Of a stretch of 64,000 nucleotides of DNA, positions 53,291 to 64,000 are shown piece by piece; position 1 is the first letter of the stretch; each line of letters begins with the position of its first letter. The notes under the pieces were generated by a model. It did not search any database. It was not told the DNA's origin and saw only the letters and a list, made by a program, of their open reading frames with translations. The stretch is from Octopus sinensis (taxonomy: Eukaryota): positions 53,072,001 through 53,136,000 of the forward strand of contig NC_043004.1 in the NCBI RefSeq assembly GCF_006345805.1, given 5' to 3'. A program made the translations under genes and the position numbers.

Positions 53291-55054
53291 ATCGAGTAGT
53301 ATTGATAAACATTAATAAATTCATCCTATAACAGAATAACGGTTTCCGACTTAATCACAAGGCCAGCAATTTTAAGAGAAAGAGATTCGTCGATATCATT
53401 GGCACAAGTAGTTAACTTTAACGCGCCTAACACCCGGAGGAATAAAAGGTGAATTTAATGCCGGCAAGATTTGAAGTAAACCCGTGTACGAAATACCACA
53501 AATTATTTTGCCCGACAGTGTAACGAATGTGACATTTCAACACCTCCTGTAGTCTTAACTTCAGGAAATACAATAGCTATCCATCCGGGAATTTTACAAT
53601 CCAACCATGTTCCAAGAATATTTCAATTATGCGAACTAGCGTATTCCAATTTAATTATCCCATATTAGAATTATATATAAAATTTCACCAAGGAGAATTA
53701 AGTAAGTGTAATCATTTACTGATGAAATACCAATAAATATTCACACTATTGAAGCAGATACCTCATTCTATGTCCAAGAAGGGAGTATACAGAATTTACA
53801 ATAGCTCAAATTTCAGTTGATATTAAATATTATGCGTGTATAGCTATTTCAATTGGTTACTTATACGCCAAAGCAATTTCAGTTTATGAGAAACACTAGA
53901 ACTTGTAAGGCACCTGCTCTCCAAAAAACATAACATGAATATTATGTAAGTGCATGCTCCGATGGCATCCAAGTTCTCGGGAGAATTAATTTTTCCGGCC
54001 AGTATCAAAATATTTGAAAGGATGGGAAGCTGCAAACGAAAGAATTGGTAACGTAGACAATATTATTATGCTGTCATGTATGTGATTGTTTCTTATCTGT
54101 TGGGATTATTATGTGATAACCTTCTAGACTTCCTGGTTTTGCATCCGTTGTTGTTAGAGTTTTGTTGGTGATGCATTTTATTTTATCCTATGCTGTTCCG
54201 TGATAGAGCTGTTATAAAGATCAACTTTACTAAAATCAGTTTCGTCGCAGGTGATATCGAATAAATCAAGACTAATGAATTTGATTACATTATTTAAAAT
54301 AGAAGAAAGTTATTGAGAAATAGTCCCGAAGCACTGAGCGTTTTTTGTTGATTTTGTCGTTACGGTGACATTGTCAAGAAACTGGATTAAAATTTTATAT
54401 TTAAAAGAAAAGAATTAGAGATTATGGATTTCAGGCACAAGTTTATTAATTATTTCATTGGAGGAATACCACAATCCGTCTGTTTCATTTTTATTTTGTC
54501 ACGTAATAATGAGTGGCCGTCATTAAGATACAAAGGACCGTATAACAAATTGAACCTAATGTGTAACATGTGTAGTATGTTAGAGAACATCAATCCCTAT
54601 ATTTTAACTGTGTAACGAGCTCACATAGCGATATCAAATGTAAGACAGCCATCTTCTTTGACCTGCGAATCACTGACAAATGACACTATCATTTTTCTAC
54701 TGTACGTAGTTTTCTTTCATTTCAGATTCACTAATAGGGTAGGCTCTTGGCTTACTGTCAAAACTTAACGGTGCTTGAATAAGATTTGGTTGTTGAAGTG
54801 AAATAATGTACGGTTCTGAAATTCTATTGGAGTTCTATTGGAGTTCATGATTTAATGTGATTGCACAATTTATTAACTGTTGGTCCATTTAAACATGTGG
54901 TACATATGGATAGATGATACACGCACGCACACATATATGTGGGTGCAGGTGTATGGGGGAGTGTGGGAATAATGTATGGTTACGTTACTTTTCTATGCAT
55001 GGTCAAACTCAAAATCTAATGTAGCTATGTTGCGTTATAATTCTATATTATGAA

Positions 55055-55265
55055 GGCAGGAAGCTCGCTTGAAGCGCTAGCACACCGAACAAAAGCTTAC
55101 CGGCATTTCGTCCGTCTTTACATTGCGACTTCAAATTCCATCAAGTTCGACTTCACCTTTCGTCCTCTTGGGGTTGATGAAATATGAACCAGCTGAGCAC
55201 AGAAGTCGATACCATCTACTATCTCCTACCAAATATTTCAGTCCTTTTCGCTATAGAAGATAAGA
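55055..55265 (+). mobile_element. degenerate SINE (216-796 family)
   Basis: CATTTCGTCCGTCTTTAC..TTCAAATTCC..CTTCACCTTTCGTCC. Confidence 0.7.
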
Positions 55266-55424
55266 TTTTGATTCTTCCATTATGGTTAACATTCTCCTCA
55301 ATTTTTCGGGAATTATAAAAATATATGACTAGTTTAATATTCAAAGTTAATCACCTCCGTATTTAAGATCATATACTCTTGTTCATGAGCTGTCTCTCTT
55401 TTTTTATCTATCTCTCTATCTCTC

Positions 55425-55455
<31 letters not shown>

Positions 55456-55463
55456 CTATATAT

Positions 55464-55536
<73 letters not shown>

Positions 55537-56979
55537 CAACTCTGGATAAAAGGAAACTACGATATTATAGATCAAAATCTAGATACATGTTAGACTAAAC
55601 CAATACTGTAAAATACATGTACAATTGTATCACCTGCATAGAGATGTTTTGCTATTACAAAAAACAGACTTTTATAAGTATTTTCTTTGTCGCTGATTCT
55701 TGGAAGGTTTCGTATCTCTGCGGCAGTTTCCTGCACAACTATATAACTAACTTTTCTCTTCTGTCGATAACAAATATATCAAGCCTGCTATGCTTTTTAT
55801 TCAGCGGAAGATTTACTAGAATGTACAAATATTCTCTCTATGTTTTGTATATTAGAAATATTTTATATACTTATCCAAGTACAGTCTTCGTTAGAGGTGA
55901 TATTGTGTATTGTTTTAGCAACCGCATCATCCAACACTCAATGACATTTGTAATTATTTTTAAGAAAACTTCTGATCTTCTATTTCAAACGCATAACATT
56001 GAGATGGTATTGGAATATTAACAATTTCAAGGACTTATCGATATTGATGCCAATGTTAGCACCAACCATACATGGCTAGTGTAATAACAGTTAATATGCG
56101 TTTCTTTCGAGGGTCTCGGTAGTGTTTATTAGCGTTACTATTTCTTTAGAATCGTCCAGCTTATGACAGTAACATTTTGCAGGTTTTAATAACAATTGAA
56201 CCGATGTACTCCACAGCCCAGTCAATTATTCGAAATATTTGTTCTGCAAATTAATCGTGGATTATTGTCTTCGTGTAAGACGAGAGCTACAACTGACCTA
56301 TTATTAAAGAGTGATATATCATTTAGCCATGTAATATTTCTTAACCAGATATTTTCATGATATATTCATTTAAATCATAGGTAATGGCACCACACACTGT
56401 GTGAAACAGAAGAAAATAGAGAAGCTACTAATATATTTAATGTATGACATGCAATACAGATATTATGAAAGGTTTTCATAGTGTAAATGGATATTTCTCT
56501 GTTAAGGAGTTATATGTGAATATTGCATTGGGATGTAATATCACCTAGAAATTGTCTTATTTATTCAGTTCTTTGTATAGTAAAATATTTTAGATTAAAT
56601 CTTTAGATTTTTCCAGCTGTAAACCATTTTCTTTCGAAAGACTTTAAAAATGAAACACGATGCTTCTGCATACAGCTCAAGTATGAGTGTTGATGATAGT
56701 TTTCTTGTGAGCATTTTGTTTTCAGTAACTTACGCAAAAATCTCCAGGAAGCTAGCAAAAGAGAACGGCAAACGTTTATATTATGAATTCATATCCACAA
56801 ACGTTTTCTGTGCAATCCTCTTTCTTCAAACAGTTTAGCTTTGGGTGGAAAACGTTGCGTGGCATATCGTTTCACTTCCTCATTTCTGCCTGGATTCTCG
56901 ATTGTCATTAAGATCTTGGATCACAAGTGTCATGCAGAAATTCAGTTTTATATGCTTTGTAGAATTTATATGTAAATAT

Positions 56980-57018
<39 letters not shown>

Positions 57019-57032
57019 CACACACACACACA

Positions 57033-57073
<41 letters not shown>

Positions 57074-57078
<5 letters not shown>

Positions 57079-57307
57079 CAATTAAGGAACGGCCATAATA
57101 GGCCATTCACCCACTAGAAATAACAGCCAAAGCTTCTACCGCAAATAAAGATTAATTCCGTAAACAGGAGAAAATTAAAAAAACATTTACCCTGTAATTT
57201 TTTTAATTTTCTCCTGTTTACGGAATTAATTTTTATTTGCGGTAGAAGCTTTGGCTGTTATTTCTAGTGGGTGAATGGCCTATTATGGCCGTTCCTTAAT
57301 TGTTAAT
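57074..57307. repeat. near-perfect palindrome with 110-bp arms and 14-nt spacer
   Basis: 57074-57183 is the reverse complement of 57198-57307 with a single G:T mismatch (57150/57231). Confidence 0.97.
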
Positions 57308-57407
57308 GTTGAACTTAAAAATGGTCTATGACTATTTAATTTTTTTCCCGCTGGGCCGCTGGTGGCAATAAAATTCTACAAAATTTTCCTTGCCACCCTA
57401 TATTGAT

Positions 57408-57443
<36 letters not shown>

Positions 57444-57592
57444 TAATTCAAACAAGAAGGAAAATTCACACACTTTACATAGTTTTAATATAATTCTTAA
57501 TATATTGACCGGTTTCGCTTTCCTACTTTATTATCTTATATATATTACAACTCGCCTCGTGGGGATGATCGAAATTCCACCTTTTCTTTTAC

Positions 57593-57626
<34 letters not shown>

Positions 57627-57859
57627 ATATATATAGAATAAGAAGGGCTTAGGACACTGGTTAACTAAACTAATATGCACGCTGTGACAGTGTTCCAATT
57701 CATAATCTACTGGAATCCAAGTTCAACAGCGGCGGCTAGAGTTGGAGATCTGTAGTCTACTACCGTGTTAGCGGATATAAATTAAAGGAAAAGGAAAAGA
57801 AAATGAAAGCAGGATGAGCTTATCAGTGGTAAATCGCAGAAGCGAAATTATATAATAAT

Positions 57860-57947
57860 GTCTTATAGCTGTTTCGGGGATATCCTATGTAATAGATCAT
57901 TGTGTTGATCCACATTTCCATATACAGGGTATTCCGTCATCGGAAAC
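57860..57947 (-). ncRNA. degenerate hammerhead-ribozyme-like motif
   Basis: GTTT-CCGATGA-long stem II-GAAAC-AGCT-ATA-AGAC, with two core or stem III deviations. Confidence 0.35.
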
Positions 57948-58024
57948 AAGATATATATGCAGGAAAATTCTATGTGGGGATGTAGATAGTAAATTTGACG
58001 TAGAGAAAAGTATGAAGTTCAAGG

Positions 58025-58065
<41 letters not shown>

Positions 58066-59048
58066 TATACACACACACAGACACATATATGTATGTATAT
58101 ACACACACACATTTATCTGTATGTATACATACACATATATGCATATATATACATATGGATAGGATAGTTTCTTTTACTTCGTGCCAATTTGTCATAGTCT
58201 GTACATCTCCTTTATATTCGACGATAAGCCGAGGTCTTCCATTAAAAAATAGATTAGTTTCATTGTGTAAATCAAATTAGGAGTAGATTTAATCAGATCA
58301 AGCTTGGACTTCTCTTTCTTCCTTCCTTATCAAAATTAGACCATTTCTCTATTCCTGTATAGCATGAGAGTTGTGGGTGAAAATATTCATCTTTACAATT
58401 GACATTGAGGTCATATCCCTTTAGGGAGGAACACAAATCGGTAAAGTTTGTATGATTACATATTATAAAAGGTTTGGCAGTAAGTAGATGAAAAATATGA
58501 TATATGAAGTATGGGGAGATACTGGGATGGCTTCAGAGTAAATGTGTAGATAGAGATAGCGGTGTATGAATAACAAACAGACTGACTGATGTCTTGATAG
58601 AAATGTATATAAATGCACTGAGGACAACGCACAGACACACGGGCGCACATTCATACACACATATACACGATATAAAGTATCCATCTATTTGTCTGTCTAT
58701 CTATATTTATACATATACATGTTTACGTGTGTGTATGTGTATGTATGTATGTATGTATGTATATACATGTATTTACATGGCATGTTAACACATACATGAA
58801 ACGAGCTGATCATACTTCAACTTATTATAATCGAAGTGTAACACAGAAGATGGCCAATCGAATACCTATAAATAATTATAAATAATTAGGAGGTCCGATT
58901 TTAATCTCAAGTAAATAATATGTCTGAAATACAATTTTGACACAACACATTGAAGAAAAAGTGCTACAGATTTGCAGTCCCTACCTGCACGTAATTTCCG
59001 TTTGTGCTGCACACACACACACGCTCACACACACACACACCACACACA

Positions 59049-59079
<31 letters not shown>

Positions 59080-61302
59080 TACATACATTCACACACACAC
59101 ACGCTCACGCACACATATTTATATGTATGTATATACGGTCAACAAGAGATTTCATTTGAACAAGAATGGATTTTCCCTACTGAGAATTAAAGCAATTCAC
59201 ACATAAAAAAGCATCTTGGAATTCGGGCGCATGAAATATCAACAAAGAATATACGACTGCTGCGTTTTTTATGCCAGTGGCGATGAAAATTTGACAGCTT
59301 CAAAAATGTTATTTCCCTTAAGGAATGAGAATATCACAAAATGTAAATGAATCCTGCAAATACAAAGGAAACATTGCAACAAAAATGACTACACATATAG
59401 TAGGAGGTGCAAAAGCACAGTGAAGAAACGAATTGAGCACGCAAGTAACAGACCAGCACAATTGTGCGTTTGCCTGTTGAAGAAATTCACCATTCAAATA
59501 CGTAATTTTGCATTCAGTACATAACACCTTTAGCAGGCTTTCCTTTTAAGAAAACAAGCATAGTTTCCTGACAACATTACAGAATAAATGAAGGCGAATG
59601 TATAGGAAGCCATTGGGATAGATAATTCTTGGTTTTGACAGGCTGATGCTGAATTCTCCGCCTTGATTAACACTATATCCTGCTCATAGGTGCACTAGTG
59701 TGCGACAATTCTTTTGAAGTCTTTTGTCTGAGAATAACTTTTGTTCTTCCTACTCCCCTATTTTGAAAGCCCCTGCATAAGTAACATCCCTTGTATCATC
59801 TTATTATATTCACGCTAGACATAAAGATATACACGACTGCACCAGAAAGAGAAGGAAATCAGACACCCATTGATGACTTTACACATAGCATGGAAAAAAA
59901 AAGAATGTATACTGTTTGTGTTCACAACATTACTCATCGTAACAAACGAAGCGATGATTCGCATCACATCGGTATATACAGATTAAGCAATGGGGGAAAC
60001 TCAAAATAAACAAGAAACAAAATAGGATAATTCCATAACAAAATCAATAAACTCTGATCAATGCCGATCATTTGTTTACTGCGCGTAAGCAAATATGTAA
60101 GGGGGAAAAATAACGAAATGCAATTGGTCCCTATAATTGCTTTTCACAGAAGCAAACACGAACCTTATCATGTTAAATAACTTAATTTACTCTGTAGCTG
60201 TTGCAGTATCGATACGAACCGGATCTTGTCCTAAGAGAAAAGGTTTTGTCTTACCAAAGTCCACAGAAAACACTGGACACAAGATCAACATTATAACTTC
60301 AGTGACACAATGAGATAATACATATGATTACAAGCTGAAACAGTATGGAAGAGGTTTCATGTGAAGGAGAATATAATGAAATAAATATAAAATAAGAAAA
60401 TCAAAACTGGGAATCAAAAACACCAAATCGTCCTGGAACTTCGAGCGTAACTTCCAACAGAATCACGCATTTGAAAGCGAGAACATTCCAACGAGTTATA
60501 AAAATATTATGAATAGAAATTCTGTGCGGACCGAATGTACAGAAGACATTAAATATGCATAATGTGCAGGAAATGGGAGGGGATACAAAAGCATTACAAC
60601 GCAAGAAGCATTAACCAAAACAATTAAAAACTGTATTCGTAATAATACAAAAAATATATCAAAATAGATTTCTTAATTTCTCATTTAAACTAATTACCAT
60701 GCATGCATAAAGGTACATGCTATCTTGGATCCTGCTGAAAAAAGAAACTTCGACTATTTTAGTATTGTAAACAAATATACGTAACTAAAATTATATATAA
60801 ATCTAATGAAAAAGCGGTACACACACTGCATATACTCTGACATATATTTCTCTAAAAATACAGGATGATTAAAGACCGTCGGTGAGATATGATTCTAGTT
60901 TCAAATTTTGGTGCAAAAGCCTGCCGACTTATAGAAAGCGAACAAGTCAATTAAATGGACGCTACTGAACAACTAGTACTTTTTTTATCGCGCCCCAAAA
61001 AATGGCACGCAAGTAGACATCGGTGGAATTTGATCTCAGAATGCAGAGAGTTAGAAGAAATGCCTTTAAGCGTTTTGTATTTGAGCTCTCCATCTCAGCG
61101 AAGATATTATAATGAAATGCAGGAATACAACGCGACTTATTCTGAGTTGTCTCCCAAGACCTCACTCCCCAAACATTGTGCAAAGTGAACATAAAATGAT
61201 AATCCAAGATAACTGAAAAAGAAATAAGGTTATAAATCTTATTAATAAAGATAAACCATGTTTGATCAAAAATATTCATTACTAAACACACAAATATCCT
61301 TT

Positions 61303-61705
61303 TCTACTCTAGGCACAAGGCCCGAAATTTTGGGAGAGGTGGGAGCAGTCGATTTGATCGACCCCAGTACGCAACTGGAACTTAATTTATCGCTCCGGAA
61401 TGAATGAATGAAAGGGAAAGTCGACCTCGGTGGAATTTAAACTGAGGACGTAAAGACAGACGAAATACCTATTTCTTTACTACCCACAAGGGGCTAAACA
61501 CAGAGAAGACAAACAAGGACAGACAGACGGATTAAGTCGATTATATCGATCCCAGTGCGTAACAGGTACTTATTTAATTGACCCCGAAAGGATGAAAGGC
61601 AAAGTCGACCTCGGCGGAATTTGAACTCTGAACGTAACGGCAGACGAAATACGGCTACGCATTTCGCCCGGCGTGCTAACGTTTCTGCCAGCTCGCCGCC
61701 TTACT
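61303..61705 (-). mobile_element. dimeric tRNA-derived SINE (older copy also at about 60880-61100)
   Basis: Reverse complement of the 33539-33935 structure. Confidence 0.9.
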
Positions 61706-62700
61706 AAACGCACAAATACCAAACCATGATTTTACATTTGATTCATTAATTAAGCCTACTACGTACAATTTACATTCTGCTCACGATAGCGCCACTTCGG
61801 CAGAAACATATTTTATAGTCACTTCTTTATACTGCTTCGCAAATTACAATATATATTAGAGGATCACATCTTTGTCATTTGTCACGACTATGGCACGTAT
61901 ATAAAATACGATATTCCTACATTTCATCGGATACCATTACCTAAATAGGTTCAGAGCACCACAGGGCCCATGTCTCTACTTTTCGGAACCTTCCATTTCG
62001 CGACTTGATCTTCCAAGCAAAGTTTAATGACTGACTATCTTTTGTACGTGTAGTTGATTTGCAACCACATTTTCTCAAATTAAGTTACGGTCCGAATCTC
62101 CCTTTACACTTTAATCTTCTGATAGTTCCAATGATGAAATAAATCCCTGGGGTCCACTCAAAGCGACAGTCTTCTTTATACAGCACTTTCATGAACTTCC
62201 ACCGATAACATTTTTTAGACATACCGACTTCCGGACAGAGAAAAATATATGCTCGTAGAGAAGTCAATGTGGTTGTCATTACAAAAAAATACGCCAACAA
62301 ATGGAACAGATACAGGCGAATTAACAACCCTTCAGCATAGCTTAACATAGCAACTATGTTCGAAGAATGAACTAAAGAGGGCAGAACCGTTTTGTTGCTA
62401 TTTGTGCCTTTTGAACTAATGGTATGACTAATGGTCCTTCCTTGCCAGTAGACTTATTCTAGACATATAATGGCTACCAAAATCATTGCTTCGTTAAGAA
62501 ATAGCGTCTGGACTGTAAGTTCTCCGAAATAAATTTCTCCAGTGGTTTTATGTACATTGCCTAAAGTAGTCTTATTGACATACAATGTCCAGGCTAGAAT
62601 GTTGTTTCCAGTTTAATAATGTCTAAGTATTCCACAAACAACGTTGATCTACTGGTAAAGAGCTTCACATATGTGAGTACATTGCATATATCTTACATAC

Positions 62701-63008
62701 AATCTTTTGTATCCAATGCTGAAGAACAAAACGCCACCGTTGTTATATTGATTGTAGGAACTGGACTTGCACTGGAGTTGGTGTTGGTGATGTTGATGTT
62801 GTTAACGGTAAATTGCATGATGTTGACTATTATGGTGCAGTGATGGTTGCTGAGAAGTCGTAGTGTTGCTGACATAAATTTATCGGGTGGTTTTTGTTAC
62901 GATATGTGTGACATTTGGGATTTCTAATAGCCAACGTAATGTTCCTATTAATACTACTAACGACATGCATATAATCACGAAACTTCTCAAAGATTTTCGG
63001 TTGTACAT
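62701..63008 (-). pseudogene. candidate first coding exon of a type II membrane protein with one frameshift
   Basis: MYNRKSLRSFVIICMSLVVLIGTLRWLLEIPNVT.. (basic tail plus TM segment), stop at 62880-62882. Removing one A from an A5 run near 62893 opens the frame to a GATT|GTATGT donor at 62700. Confidence 0.2.
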
Positions 63009-63494
63009 GGACAAGTAATTTCACTGGAATGCTAGAAATGTTTCCAAGAATGAGTTTTAACATTCCAAATTATCTCATCTCACTGTTAGGAAAGCGTAGT
63101 AACAGCCAACAAATATTCAAATCTTGAAGCGCATGTAAAGAAATATTTTCATTTCCATCATTCATTGCTCATATTATTTTCTGAACCGGAATGGATTCCT
63201 TACTTCTACATTTTCCATATTGCCTAATTCGAGTGACACAGTTTTAATAATACAATTGACTCTCAGAAATGGTTTTATCAAAGTATTCGTTTGAATCTTT
63301 ACAAGGAATTGAAGTCACAACTACTCTCACAAAGGTTTTCAGTTGCTTACACAACGAAATACAAATAGAAGTCTGCTAATAACCAAACTTTAAGCATTCA
63401 ACTGCACAACGCACACACATACACACACTTACACACATAAGCACGCGCACATACACACATACACACAAACACACACACATACACACAAACACAC

Positions 63495-63534
<40 letters not shown>

Positions 63535-63789
63535 AAACACTTTGAAAACGGAGAAAAATTTGTGTTGAGCAGAGTTAATAATCATAAATAAATAAATATG
63601 TGAACTTAAATTTCAGAGTGTTTTATTTGCCACAAGGACAAAGAAACACAGTAGAAGTCCTTGCAGAGCCAATTAGAGTTTTTAGTTGTCTTATTGTTCT
63701 TGTTGCCGTTGTTGTACTTCCTCAAACATCTACAATAGAAGGAGCATTAGGAATCGCTATTTTGCATTTACTATGAGTAAATATTTATA

Positions 63790-63907
63790 CAAGGAAACCA
63801 CCACCAGCAACAACAACAACAACAACAACAACAACTATAATACAAATACAAATACTCAACTACTACTGCTACTCTCAATGCGACTACTATAATATTATTA
63901 GTAAGTG

Positions 63908-63955
<48 letters not shown>

Positions 63956-64000
63956 TAATAATAATAATAATAATGGTGATGGTGGTGGTGGTGGTTGTAG
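63790..64000. repeat. compound (AAC)n/(CTA)n/(AAT)n/(GGT)n microsatellite
   Basis: Directly visible. Confidence 0.9.

Overview
AT-rich, microsatellite-dense eukaryotic (animal) non-coding DNA. The SINE and LINE repertoire resembles what I recall of octopus genomes; that assignment is inference, not a database result. I found no intact host gene, rRNA, true tRNA or CRISPR array, and almost all ORFs in the supplied track are translations of simple repeats. What can be supported: (i) about 20 tRNA-derived SINE copies from several families; (ii) LINE relics, namely one CR1/L2-group RT fragment, one RTE fragment, and seven or eight R4/Dong-like restriction-like-endonuclease (RLE) LINE pieces, most of them stacked in (AAT)n tracts; (iii) two Penelope-like (PLE) fragments plus scattered minimal hammerhead-ribozyme-like motifs; (iv) an internally deleted DD37D (maT) Tc1/mariner and a MITE-like element; (v) several long fold-back inverted repeats. 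The most interesting items are a 1,990-bp element encoding only a gag-like zinc-knuckle ORF, inserted with a 15-bp target-site duplication into the tRNA head of a SINE; a 110-bp-arm near-perfect palindrome; and hammerhead-like motifs, two of which share the same U4C core variant and one of which forms the tail of a tRNA-headed SINE. A few possible host exons or small ORFs are reported at low confidence.
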